This document shows positions 8,085 through 17,447 of a stretch of DNA of 30,910 bases, piece by piece. Below the pieces are notes generated by a model that saw only the letters and a list, made by a program, of their open reading frames with translations, was not told where the DNA came from and ran no database searches. Numbering within the stretch: position 1 is the stretch's first letter; each line of letters starts with the position of its first letter. The position numbers and the translations under genes were made by a program. The stretch is from an uncultured virus (IMG/VR IMGVR_UViG_3300044545_000147) (taxonomy: Duplodnaviria; Heunggongvirae; Uroviricota; Caudoviricetes), in IMG/VR virus record IMGVR_UViG_3300044545_000147. One strand, written 5' to 3'.

Positions 8085-8600
8085 ATGCCTGGATATGCAA
8101 TTGGAAAAAGTATGAATTACGGATTTCCCGGCACTTTTGCCCGGACTCCGGATGATGTCATTATGTCACGGCCGGTTGCTTCTGACAGCGCGGATATCGC
8201 GTTTGGAGCACCGGTCATTTTAAATGCAGGAAATACGTACACAGCCGGAGGCTCTGCACTGACAGCGGATAATTTTGCCGGTGTCGCAGTCAGAATCGTT
8301 CAGCAGGCAACAGCATATGCTGCACAGGATGAAGGCGCTTATAAGGCCAATCAGGCTGCCAGTGTCCTGGAACGGGGAAATGTTATGGTGACATGCAACG
8401 TGGGCACGCCTACCGCCGGAGGAGATGTATATATCCGCACTGCGGCCAATGCCAGTATTGCGGCTGGAGTGGTAGGAGGATTTGAAGCGGCAGCCGATGG
8501 GGATAATACGGTCAAGCTGACGAATGCAAAATGGGCAACCGGATTGATGGACGGGAACAATGTGGCGGAACTCTGCCTGCTGACCCGGAACAATCCTTAA
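8085..8600 (+). CDS. Capsid cement/decoration protein
   Basis: AAGGAGG RBS; Ala/Gly-rich beta protein (FAGVAVR, ASVLERGNVMV, PTAGGDVYIR) between DUF2213 and capsid. Confidence 0.8.
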   Translation: MPGYAIGKSMNYGFPGTFARTPDDVIMSRPVASDSADIAFGAPVILNAGNTYTAGGSALTADNFAGVAVRIVQQATAYAAQDEGAYKANQAASVLERGNVMVTCNVGTPTAGGDVYIRTAANASIAAGVVGGFEAAADGDNTVKLTNAKWATGLMDGNNVAELCLLTRNNP

Positions 8601-8620
8601 AGAATAGGAGGAATAAAGAC

Positions 8621-9670
8621 ATGGGATTTCTTGATTTGAGTGGAAACGTAAGTCCGAATCTGGCTGCATCAGTGAACGCAGCCATGCTGGCGGGAGGCGG
8701 AAAAGCGTTATACGGCGGTGCCTATGATGCAGCTACCGCAGGCGGAATGGCATTTCTTGTCGGTGAATTGGAAAAGCTGGATCCGAAGATCCGTGAGCCG
8801 TTGACAGCTGTCACATGGCCCCGAGATGTACCGGTGAAGACCGGAGGCGGATGGGTGGATTACACCTCCATGTACAATGTCAATTACGGAACAGCCGGAG
8901 CCAATCATAACGGTGTCCAGGGAGGTTCTTCGACAGCCATTCCGACAGTCCAGGTTGACCTGTCCAAAGATATTTACAAAGTATTCACATGGATGAATGT
9001 CTTGAAAGTGGGGATGGTGGATCAAAACAAACTGCAGCAGATTGGACGCAGTCTGGAAGATCTGCTTGATAAAGGTCTCAGGCTGAATCACCAGAAGGCA
9101 TTGGATGAAAACTGCTATACCGGATTTTCTGATTATGGAACAACCGGACTGATTAATAACCCAGCGATTACCACAGGACTGGCAGCGGCTGCCGGGACAG
9201 GGAGTTCTACTGCATGGACATCTAAGACAGCGGACCAGATTCTGGCCGATGTGAATACCGCCATGACAGATGCATGGGAGACATCGGAATATGATCTCCG
9301 CGGCATGCCGAATCATATCCTTCTGCCTCCGCAGCAGTATGCCTACCTGGTCAATCAGAAAGTGTCAGAAGCGGGGAATGTATCTATCCTTGAATATCTG
9401 CTGAAAAATAACATTGGTGTGAATCAGGGAGTGGACCTGGCTATTGTTCCCTGCCGGTGGTGCATCGGTGCAGGTACATCCGGGAAAGACCGTATGGTTC
9501 TCTATAACAACGATGAGGACATGCTGTATTTTGATATGACAGTGCCGCTGACCCGGGCCATGACACAGCCATCTGTGGGAGATGCGGCTTATCTGACACT
9601 GTATGCGGCGCAGTTCGGCCAGGTGAAGTTCTCTTTCACACAGCCGGTACGCTATGTTGACGGTATTTAA
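8621..9670 (+). CDS. Major capsid protein (DUF2184 family)
   Basis: Start moved to ATG 8621 after AGGAGG; ELEKLDPKIREPL, TGLINNP, PNHILLPP, DRMVLY, YVDGI C-terminus. Confidence 0.9.
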   Translation: MGFLDLSGNVSPNLAASVNAAMLAGGGKALYGGAYDAATAGGMAFLVGELEKLDPKIREPLTAVTWPRDVPVKTGGGWVDYTSMYNVNYGTAGANHNGVQGGSSTAIPTVQVDLSKDIYKVFTWMNVLKVGMVDQNKLQQIGRSLEDLLDKGLRLNHQKALDENCYTGFSDYGTTGLINNPAITTGLAAAAGTGSSTAWTSKTADQILADVNTAMTDAWETSEYDLRGMPNHILLPPQQYAYLVNQKVSEAGNVSILEYLLKNNIGVNQGVDLAIVPCRWCIGAGTSGKDRMVLYNNDEDMLYFDMTVPLTRAMTQPSVGDAAYLTLYAAQFGQVKFSFTQPVRYVDGI

Positions 9671-9685
9671 CGGGGAGGAGATCCT

Positions 9686-9979
9686 ATGCAGATTTTATCT
9701 AAAAAACGCTTCCAGTTCGGTTCTGGGAGCACCAAATTTGTGACGGCAGGGGGCATGGTCATTGAGACCGCCCCTGATTGGATTACGAAAGATCCGCTGT
9801 ATGCGTTGGCAGAAGCAGACGGAGACATTACAGTCATTCAGCCTGCAGCTTCCGCAGCGGGTTTTTCAGGAAAAGATGAAGGAGTTAAGACGGATTCCAG
9901 TTCTGCTGAAGATAAAGCACAGACTGAGACAGTTAAATCTGACACGGCGGAAAAAGGAGTTTCACGGAAGGGGAATTGA
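9686..9979 (+). CDS. Hypothetical head-associated protein
   Basis: GGAGG RBS; position after capsid; low-complexity C-terminus. Confidence 0.75.
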   Translation: MQILSKKRFQFGSGSTKFVTAGGMVIETAPDWITKDPLYALAEADGDITVIQPAASAAGFSGKDEGVKTDSSSAEDKAQTETVKSDTAEKGVSRKGN

Positions 9980-9990
9980 GGTGATGACTG

Positions 9991-10434
9991 ATGCCGGATG
10001 CATCAAACATAGTAGGTGGTGTAAATCCGTCCTATACCATTGATGATTTTCTGTCCATGTATCCGCAGTTTACGGAAAATGTCCCTGATGCAGCGGTATC
10101 GGCTTATTTAGACTATGCCCATACTTGTCTGAAATATGATCGGTATAAGGGACACTGGAAGATCTGCATGGGTTTATTTATCGCCCATTTCCTCACACTG
10201 TATCTGCAGACACTGGGAGACGGCGCCTCTAGTGAAGCGTCTGATGTGGTATCGGCAGCGGAAGCTCATGGTGTAGTCGTATCAGAATCAGCCGGAGGAG
10301 TTTCCTACAGCCAGAATATCAACGTTGTGACGGATGATCTTAACGGATGGGCCCAGTGGAAATTGACACAGTTCGGAATTCAGTTTGCAAGTATCGCCCG
10401 GATGGTGGGGAAGGGAGGCATGTACATATGGTGA
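9991..10434 (+). CDS. Head-tail adaptor (DUF4054 family)
   Basis: FLSMYPQF, LFIAHFLTL, SESAGGVSYS, WKLTQFGIQF motifs. Confidence 0.85.
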   Translation: MPDASNIVGGVNPSYTIDDFLSMYPQFTENVPDAAVSAYLDYAHTCLKYDRYKGHWKICMGLFIAHFLTLYLQTLGDGASSEASDVVSAAEAHGVVVSESAGGVSYSQNINVVTDDLNGWAQWKLTQFGIQFASIARMVGKGGMYIW

Positions 10435-10994
10435 CGGGATCTGTATCATCCAGAGACAACACAAAAACATTCAAAGATCTGATGAAGATCATTCAGAAAA
10501 CCAGGGTGTTGGTGGGCATAACGGAAGAAACATCAACCCGGGAACACTCCGGAGACATTAACAATGCTGAACTTCTTTTTATTCATTCAAATGGAGTCCG
10601 TGCTCCATCTATGAGAGCGGATATGCAGCCGGATCTTGACGCAGGGAAAAAATACAGCAAAGCATATGCGCTGTATATCCAATCCCATGGATCACCGCTT
10701 TGGCAGTCTCCTCCGCGGCCGGTCCTGGAACCAGCTGTGGAAGCCAATAAAGAATCCATATCTACTAAGCTGAAAACAGCCTATAAGGCAGTTTTATCAG
10801 GCAATTCAGGTTATAGGGATAAGTATGAGGCAGCGGGACTTTTCGCCCAGAATAAAGCCAGAGATTGGTTTGCAGACTCCCGTAATGGATGGGCTCCGAA
10901 TGCTCCAAAGACCATCGAGAGAAAAGGCAGTGACCGGCCATTGATTGATACAGGTGAAATGAGAAAGTCCATCACCTATGCAGTGAGGGACTGA
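10428..10994 (+). CDS. Neck/tail completion protein
   Basis: Start moved to ATG 10428 after GGGAGG; VLVGI, NNAELLFIHSNG, PPRPVL, PNAPKTIERKGSDRPLIDTGEMRKSITY. Confidence 0.85.
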   Translation: MVTGSVSSRDNTKTFKDLMKIIQKTRVLVGITEETSTREHSGDINNAELLFIHSNGVRAPSMRADMQPDLDAGKKYSKAYALYIQSHGSPLWQSPPRPVLEPAVEANKESISTKLKTAYKAVLSGNSGYRDKYEAAGLFAQNKARDWFADSRNGWAPNAPKTIERKGSDRPLIDTGEMRKSITYAVRD

Positions 10995-10996
10995 TC

Positions 10997-11362
10997 ATGA
11001 GAATCAATGTGGGTCGTGTCATTCAATCACCTCATATGGTGCAGACCTATCAGGTGACCCGTACCTTTGGAAACTGGGTCAGGGGGGATTTTGTGGCCGG
11101 CAACCCTAAAGTATTTAAAGTCAGAGGCATTGTTACGGTATTATCCGCCAAAGAACTACAGTTTCTTCCGGAAGGAGACCGTGTGATGGGAACCATGGCT
11201 TTTTACAGCCGGGAAGAACTATATGTTACCCATTCCGGTGAAAATCCCGGTTTGAGCGACACGATTCTGTGGCATGGAAATCAATATAAAATCATTCAGA
11301 CAAATCCATGGACGGATTATGGATATTACCAGAATATCGGAGTCAGAATGGAGGGCGTATGA
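10997..11362 (+). CDS. Head closure/head-tail joining protein
   Basis: ELQFLPEGDR, DTILWHGNQYKI, WTDYGY; position in neck module. Confidence 0.8.
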   Translation: MRINVGRVIQSPHMVQTYQVTRTFGNWVRGDFVAGNPKVFKVRGIVTVLSAKELQFLPEGDRVMGTMAFYSREELYVTHSGENPGLSDTILWHGNQYKIIQTNPWTDYGYYQNIGVRMEGV

Positions 11363-11952
11363 CGTTAGCGGATATAGAAAACCTGTTCTATGCCGATCTT
11401 ATGACAGCACTAGGATATGATCCAGATAAAAATTATGGGAACAGCAGCCCGCCGGTCAGAAAATCCTGGCCAACGGGAGGAGCGCCTTCCTGGACAATTA
11501 CGGAAAATGTGTTGTTCTTGAAAATATTTGATCAGCAGGGGCAGGATATCTCCATGCCGATTGACACGGTCATGGAAGACGATGGAGATGATCTGAAGGC
11601 TTATAAAGGGCAGACACGGGTGATTCGGATGAATCTGGTGGCGTATGGCCCTCATTGTTATGACAACCTGGTAACAGTCCGCCGGTATTATCAGACGGCA
11701 AAGAATTCATCTGTCCGGGCAGCGGGTATATACCTGATACCCGGGACTGATACACCGCAGCGCCTTCCGGAATTATTTTCCGGGCAGTGGTGGGATCGGG
11801 CTGATCTTGATCTGTATTTTAATGCACTGATGGAATGGGATGAAACAGTCAAGGCAATCAAGGAAGTTCCGGTTACTGTGGCTAAAAACTCACAGGGAGG
11901 AACAAAGCAGGACAGCAGTGATTTTGATGTAAAAAGGAGTGATGGAACGTGA
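11359..11952 (+). CDS. Tail terminator/neck protein
   Basis: ATGA-coupled start at 11359; position directly before the sheath; PELFSGQWWDRADL. Confidence 0.75.
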   Translation: MTLADIENLFYADLMTALGYDPDKNYGNSSPPVRKSWPTGGAPSWTITENVLFLKIFDQQGQDISMPIDTVMEDDGDDLKAYKGQTRVIRMNLVAYGPHCYDNLVTVRRYYQTAKNSSVRAAGIYLIPGTDTPQRLPELFSGQWWDRADLDLYFNALMEWDETVKAIKEVPVTVAKNSQGGTKQDSSDFDVKRSDGT

Positions 11953-13124
11953 CAGTTAAATCGTTAAGTCTTGATTCGGTAGTTGATGTCCTTGTCAGTC
12001 TGAGCCTGAAATCAGCTACCAGAAAGGCATTTAATCTTGGACTGATTATTGGAAGCTCAACGAAAGCATCGGGAGAAACGACATCTCCGGTTATCCCGAC
12101 AGCTGAGCGCGTCCGTATTTATACGGATACGGATGATATGCTGAACGATGGGTTTACGGCTGATAGCGCTGAATATAAAGCCGCCCTGCTGTATTTTGCA
12201 GCCTCTCCCCTGTCTCCCCGGCGTCTGGCGGTGGGGTGCTGGGATAAAGGCAGTTCAGAAACCGCAGTGGCTGCTGTTCAGGCATGCCGGGAAGCAAACA
12301 GTGAATGGTATGCCGTCACTGTCTGCGGTGCAGTTAATTCGGATATAGAAGCCATCGCGGCTTATGTGGAATCGGCATCACCGACGACGGTATATTTCTA
12401 TACAGTAACATCCGCCGATGTTTTATCCGTCACAGGAGAATCCACTGATATATTTATTGCATTGAAAGGGAAGCTCTATAAACGGAGCATAGGACAGTAC
12501 TGCGGACAGGGAGATACACCGGATGCGGCAGCGGCAACAATGGGATATGCCATGGGAAATAATACATCTCTGGCCAATTCTGCCTATACTCTGGCTTACA
12601 AGACATTGACCGGGGTAACTCCTGACAGCCTGACAGAAACACAGTTGGAATACGTCAAGGGAAATAATGGAAATGTCTATATTCAGAGGGGCGGATACTA
12701 CAATGTATTCGAGCAGGGATACATGGCCAATATGGACAGTTTTGATGAAGTCATCAATCTGGATATGCTGGCCAATGACATTCAGCTGAACGTGATGGAT
12801 CTTCTCTATGGAAATCCTAAAATTCCCCAGACGGATGCCGGCATTACGCAGATTATGAATGTGATCAATCAGGCCTGTGATAAATATGTGAAAATTGGAT
12901 TTGTGGCCCCGGGCACATGGAATGGATCAGCCATTTTAAATGATGATGGAAAAGGACTTGCCACCGGGGATACATTAACCAAAGGCTATCTGGTACTGTC
13001 AGAAAGTCTGTCCAGCCAGTCACAGGCAGACAGAGATGCACGGAAAGCGCCTCCTATCTACGTGGCGGTGAAACTGGCGGGAGCTGTGGAATTTGTGACG
13101 ATTCAGGTCGATGTCAACCGCTGA
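11949..13124 (+). CDS. Tail sheath protein (DUF3383 family)
   Basis: SAEYKAALLYF, YTLAYKTLTGV, NPKIPQTDAG, QSQADRDARKAPPI..AVKLAGAVEFV. Confidence 0.9.
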   Translation: MTVKSLSLDSVVDVLVSLSLKSATRKAFNLGLIIGSSTKASGETTSPVIPTAERVRIYTDTDDMLNDGFTADSAEYKAALLYFAASPLSPRRLAVGCWDKGSSETAVAAVQACREANSEWYAVTVCGAVNSDIEAIAAYVESASPTTVYFYTVTSADVLSVTGESTDIFIALKGKLYKRSIGQYCGQGDTPDAAAATMGYAMGNNTSLANSAYTLAYKTLTGVTPDSLTETQLEYVKGNNGNVYIQRGGYYNVFEQGYMANMDSFDEVINLDMLANDIQLNVMDLLYGNPKIPQTDAGITQIMNVINQACDKYVKIGFVAPGTWNGSAILNDDGKGLATGDTLTKGYLVLSESLSSQSQADRDARKAPPIYVAVKLAGAVEFVTIQVDVNR

Positions 13125-13141
13125 GAAAGGAGTGATGAAAT

Positions 13142-13582
13142 ATGGCAAGAACAACAACCTACAGCTTTCTGGATATGACTGGAAGTCTGTCACATCCGAC
13201 TATCGGTGATTATGTATTTACCGGGGAAGGCGTGGGACAGATTACAGTCACCTACGCAACAGAACGGACAGCGCATGATGTCGCCGCAGACGGATCCGTC
13301 ATGGTATCCAAAGTGGCGGGGAACAATGGAACGATTACTATTGAGTGCCAGCAGACAAGTGCCGTTCATAAATGGCTGCTTGCATGGTATAACGCATTGT
13401 GGGAACTTCCTACTTCAGAATGGGCGACAACAGCCATTATGATGAGAAACTCTTCTACAGGAGGCCATGAATACGCAACAGGCGTTTCTCCTCAGAAAAT
13501 TGGAGATAAACCGTATCATGCCCAGGGCGCACGCGTGACGTGGGTACTCATGGCAGCGGATATTGTTTCAAGCCCTGTATGA
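13142..13582 (+). CDS. Tail tube protein (DUF3277-like)
   Basis: TYSFLD, VAADGSVMVS, GTITIECQQTS; follows sheath. Confidence 0.85.
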   Translation: MARTTTYSFLDMTGSLSHPTIGDYVFTGEGVGQITVTYATERTAHDVAADGSVMVSKVAGNNGTITIECQQTSAVHKWLLAWYNALWELPTSEWATTAIMMRNSSTGGHEYATGVSPQKIGDKPYHAQGARVTWVLMAADIVSSPV

Positions 13583-13586
13583 TTTT

Positions 13587-13613
13587 GGGGGCGGTTTTTA
13601 CCGCCTCTTTTTT
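13587..13613 (+). terminator. Rho-independent terminator after tail tube
   Basis: GGGGCGGT-TTTT-ACCGCCTC stem followed by T6. Confidence 0.85.
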
Positions 13614-13637
13614 ATTGATTTGTCAGGAGGAAATTAT

Positions 13638-14063
13638 ATGAAAGACCGGTATAAATTCATTGAATTAGATGGACAGAAATATAGAATTGAAAAGATGTCT
13701 GCCAGAACGGCACTGTATATTGGGTCCCAGCTGGCCATGGTACTTATGGGAGGAGCCAGTAAAGAACAGAGTATTAACTCAGAAGCGGTACAGTCAGCAC
13801 TGAGTTCTCTTTCCAAAGAAACTTTTTTCGGTATTCTGAATGACTGTCTGAAAACGGTAAATAAGATTACGGAAGCCAACGGGGCCCAGATGCCGGAACC
13901 AGTTTTGAAAACAGATGGATCTTTTGTGGACCCGGATATGGAATATGATATTTCAGCGGTTCTTCGTCTTACAGTGGAGGTGTTGATGTTCAATGTATCC
14001 AGTTTTTTCGGCGGAAAAGGGTTGTCGAACCTGAAGACGTCCCTTTCCCGGATTACGAAGTAA
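13638..14063 (+). CDS. Tail assembly chaperone (lambda gpG-equivalent)
   Basis: Start moved to ATG 13638 after AGGAGG; between tube and TMP; ends ...FNVSSFF with slippery site. Confidence 0.85.
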   Translation: MKDRYKFIELDGQKYRIEKMSARTALYIGSQLAMVLMGGASKEQSINSEAVQSALSSLSKETFFGILNDCLKTVNKITEANGAQMPEPVLKTDGSFVDPDMEYDISAVLRLTVEVLMFNVSSFFGGKGLSNLKTSLSRITK

Positions 14064-14248
14064 AACATGCTGAAAATATTGATGAATATTTATGGCGCCC
14101 TGTGCAGGAAGGATTATGGAGGCAGCATGAACTCTGGGATGGGACTTATGATTTAGATGATTTAATGGATATACACGAAATGCTGGATGTAAAAGCCATT
14201 AATGAATGCCGGGCAAGGAAGTCCGCTGAAGAAAGAGAGGTGAAATGA
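14003..14248 (+). CDS. -1 frame extension of the tail chaperone (gpGT-equivalent; DUF6889-like), absent from the ORF track
   Basis: -1 frame open from T TTT TTC (14003-14009) to TGA 14246-14248: RRKRVVEPEDVPFPDYEVKHAENIDEYLWRPVQEGLWRQHELWDGTYDLDDLMDIHEMLDVKAINECRARKSAEEREVK. Confidence 0.8.
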   Translation, partial: FFRRKRVVEPEDVPFPDYEVKHAENIDEYLWRPVQEGLWRQHELWDGTYDLDDLMDIHEMLDVKAINECRARKSAEEREVK

Positions 14249-16326
14249 TGGACAACGATGTCATAAAGGAATACCTGGTAGCGTTGGGTGCTGCAGTCAA
14301 TAAATCTCAGTTTTCGGAATTTTTTTCCACAATAAATAAAGCAGACAGCTCCATATTAAAAATGCGGGACTCTCTGCTGCAGAACAACGCGGCTGCCATG
14401 ACGGTAGTAAAAGGTCTGGGAGCCGTAGCATCCGGATTGACAGCCGTTACAGTAGCAGTAGGAAAGATGATACGGAATGCGGCTGATCAGGATATGTCCT
14501 ACAAAATTATGGCCAAAAATATGTGGACGACGCAGCAGAATGCCAAAAGTCTTTCCCTGGCATTATCTGTCATGCACCAAAACCTGCAGGATGTAGCCTG
14601 GATACCGGAACTTCGGGAGCAGTTCATGAGGCTCCGGGAAGAGTTCCAGCAATTTGGACCGCCCCAAGAATTTTATGATCAGATGAGAGCTGTCCGCCAG
14701 ATGGGGTATGAATGGCAGTCTTTTATGCTGAAATTCCGGCTTCTGAAAGAATGGGTTTCTTATTATCTCATCAAATATCTGGCGGATCCATTGGCGAAGA
14801 TCAATGGTTATCTGAAAAAATTAAATGAGCGATTTGGTTCGGAAATGCCTTCCTGGGGGAATAAAATAGCCAGGGTCCTGGCTATGATGGTGACAGCGGC
14901 GATCAATGTAATTCGGTTTGGCCGTGACATATATCGGGAATTTAAACGCATTTTTGACATGCTGCCGGAAGGCGCCCAGAAGTTCATAAAAATTTTGACT
15001 GTAATTGGAATAGCTATTAAAACAAATCCATTTGTCGCAGCCATTCTTTTTGCTATTCTTTTGATTGATGATTTCTATGCCTATCTGGATGGCCGTAAAT
15101 CTTCAAAAACATTTACGCCGTTATGGGAGAAGCTTCTAAACGGTTGGAAATCAGCCGCGGGATATTTAGAAAAAATACGCGGGTATTTATCGGATATTGC
15201 TGATAATATTCGGAGTGACCAGGAACTGGAAGATATTTGGAGATCTATCAAACAGATAATGGCGGATGTGAACAAGCTGTTTTCAGATCTTATATCTCTG
15301 GTTATTTATATGTTCAGTGATTATGACATCAATTATGATTTAGGACTGACATGGCAGGCTGTTAAAGATATAGGGAAAGGAATACTCGATGTTATCGATG
15401 CCATAGTAGTGCTTTTAGATAAATTGTTTGGAGGAACGGGAACCTCAAGACACTTTTGGAAAATTTTTGCGGAAGGGGTAGAGAAGGCGATTCGTGTTGT
15501 TGCTAGACTTGGATCTATGATAGGGAAACTGTTTTCTGCATTGGCAAAGGCATTAAAAGGAGACTTCAAAGGTGCTTTGGAAGAGGCAAAATCAGCTTTT
15601 ATGGGATTTGTAAAGGGTGTTGTAGGAGACTCCACGGATGATGCTCGTTCTGAAAGAGCACAGTATGTCATGAAACGATTGGTGGCAATGGGATATACAC
15701 CTGAACAGGCTGCTGGAATCACAGGAAATCTTATTCAGGAGTCAAATCTAGATACATCTGCAAGATCTCAGGATGGGAACGATTCTATTGGAATTGGGCA
15801 ATGGACAGGAGAACGGGAAACAGGATTATTCAATTTTGCATCAAACGCAGGCAGAGATCCTTATGATTTGGATACACAATTGGATTATCTGAATTGGGAA
15901 CTTATGAATAATGAAAATTCAGCCTTTCATAAACTGCAGGATAATTCCGATACGGCATCAGAAGCCGCAGTCATTTTTGGACAGACATACGAACGCCCAG
16001 CGGATGAATATGCTAATTGGGGTAATCGGACATCAAAGGCAGAGACAGCCCTCGATGAATATAATAAACACCGTTTTGTATTCAAAAGACCCAATATTGA
16101 TTCTGACAGTGTAGCGTCTTCTACTACAAGCGGTTATACGGCACCTTCTTATGGATCGAAATATACTTTTGCACCAGGAGGGCTTACGGTTGGAAATATT
16201 AATGTAAATGTAGCTGGAACTAATGCAACTCCGCAGCAGATAGGCGAAGCCGTTGCAGGGTCTCTGTCTAATTACAATCGAAAAAATCTTATTGGAGTCC
16301 GTATGGCAGGAGGTGTGATCTCATGA
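14245..16326 (+). CDS. Tape measure protein with C-terminal phage tail lysozyme domain
   Basis: VIKEYLVALG start, long amphipathic helices; QAAGITGNLIQES...GIGQWT..R...LDTQLDYLNWEL lysozyme-like motif. Confidence 0.9.
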   Translation: MMDNDVIKEYLVALGAAVNKSQFSEFFSTINKADSSILKMRDSLLQNNAAAMTVVKGLGAVASGLTAVTVAVGKMIRNAADQDMSYKIMAKNMWTTQQNAKSLSLALSVMHQNLQDVAWIPELREQFMRLREEFQQFGPPQEFYDQMRAVRQMGYEWQSFMLKFRLLKEWVSYYLIKYLADPLAKINGYLKKLNERFGSEMPSWGNKIARVLAMMVTAAINVIRFGRDIYREFKRIFDMLPEGAQKFIKILTVIGIAIKTNPFVAAILFAILLIDDFYAYLDGRKSSKTFTPLWEKLLNGWKSAAGYLEKIRGYLSDIADNIRSDQELEDIWRSIKQIMADVNKLFSDLISLVIYMFSDYDINYDLGLTWQAVKDIGKGILDVIDAIVVLLDKLFGGTGTSRHFWKIFAEGVEKAIRVVARLGSMIGKLFSALAKALKGDFKGALEEAKSAFMGFVKGVVGDSTDDARSERAQYVMKRLVAMGYTPEQAAGITGNLIQESNLDTSARSQDGNDSIGIGQWTGERETGLFNFASNAGRDPYDLDTQLDYLNWELMNNENSAFHKLQDNSDTASEAAVIFGQTYERPADEYANWGNRTSKAETALDEYNKHRFVFKRPNIDSDSVASSTTSGYTAPSYGSKYTFAPGGLTVGNINVNVAGTNATPQQIGEAVAGSLSNYNRKNLIGVRMAGGVIS

Positions 16327-17093
16327 ATACAGTGGGTACACTGAATACATTAAGTGCTTTATATCAGGCAAATAAAATCAAAGTTAGTCGATTGAAAGGC
16401 GGGACCGGAGTATTTTCGGCAGGATACCGTCCCAGGCAATGGGATGGAACATCTGATTTACCAGAATTATTAAATATAAGTCCGCCATGGGCAGAAGCAA
16501 TAGAATCGGCCACAGGGACAACACTGACCGGATTAATTAGCAATAAGTTGGGTTTATCCGGGATATCATCTTCCGAAATGGTATATGTCAAAACCAATAT
16601 CGGGGGATATTTTTTTGATGCCGTATTGAGTTCGGATCATCAATCTGAATTGTCCATTACCCAGCATCCGGTACAGACAGGAGCAGCAGTCACTGATCAT
16701 GCGGTTGTGCAGCCGGCGGTTTTGACTATGACTGTAGGCATGTCTGATGCTATGGCCACGATGGTGGAAGGACAGTTTACAGAAGCCTATACAAAATCAG
16801 TATCTGCTTACCGTGTATTGAAACAACTTCAGCAGCTCCGTATTCCGCTGCAGGTGGTAACGAGGCTGGATACATATCAGAATATGCTGATTCAGTCCAT
16901 TGATGCACCTGATGACTATAAGACACTTTATGGACTCCGGTGTACGGTTACTTTACAGGAAATATTTGTGGTCAATGTGGAAGAAACAACAGTATCCGCA
17001 CGAAACTGGTCTACCGGCAGTACCAACCGGGGGCAGGTTCAGCCCGAACCGGTATCTGATAATGGTTCTATCATGGCACAGGCCGGATTGTGA
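16323..17093 (+). CDS. Baseplate/tail tube initiator (Dit-like) protein
   Basis: FDAVLSSDH...ITQHPVQTGAAVTDHA..P, YQNMLIQSI. Confidence 0.8.
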   Translation: MNTVGTLNTLSALYQANKIKVSRLKGGTGVFSAGYRPRQWDGTSDLPELLNISPPWAEAIESATGTTLTGLISNKLGLSGISSSEMVYVKTNIGGYFFDAVLSSDHQSELSITQHPVQTGAAVTDHAVVQPAVLTMTVGMSDAMATMVEGQFTEAYTKSVSAYRVLKQLQQLRIPLQVVTRLDTYQNMLIQSIDAPDDYKTLYGLRCTVTLQEIFVVNVEETTVSARNWSTGSTNRGQVQPEPVSDNGSIMAQAGL

Positions 17094-17102
17094 GGTGATT
17101 AG

Positions 17103-17447
17103 ATGAGTTTGTCCATTATTCCTTTAACTGCATCACCGAATCAGACACTGAATTTCAAAATTACTATAAGAGGAGAGAATAAGCATCTTCAGCTGTTTCT
17201 CCGCTATCTGCAGGAATACAAACACTGGATTATGGATTTATCTGATGCTTCCACGGGAGATACATTGATTGCTGGAATTCCTCTGGTACCGGGTACACAG
17301 CCGGCATCGAACATTTTAGCCTCTTATGCCTATTTGAATATTGGAGAAGCCTATTTGGTGAAATATGGGGAACCGGATAATGAATATCCGGATGCAGATA
17401 CATTAGGAACATCGTGGCTGCTATTGTGGGGTGAGCTGGAGTCATGA
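17103..17447 (+). CDS. Small baseplate protein
   Basis: IPLTASPNQ, W.MDL, LIAGIPLVPG, LG..W.L.W; conserved position. Confidence 0.75.
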   Translation: MSLSIIPLTASPNQTLNFKITIRGENKHLQLFLRYLQEYKHWIMDLSDASTGDTLIAGIPLVPGTQPASNILASYAYLNIGEAYLVKYGEPDNEYPDADTLGTSWLLLWGELES

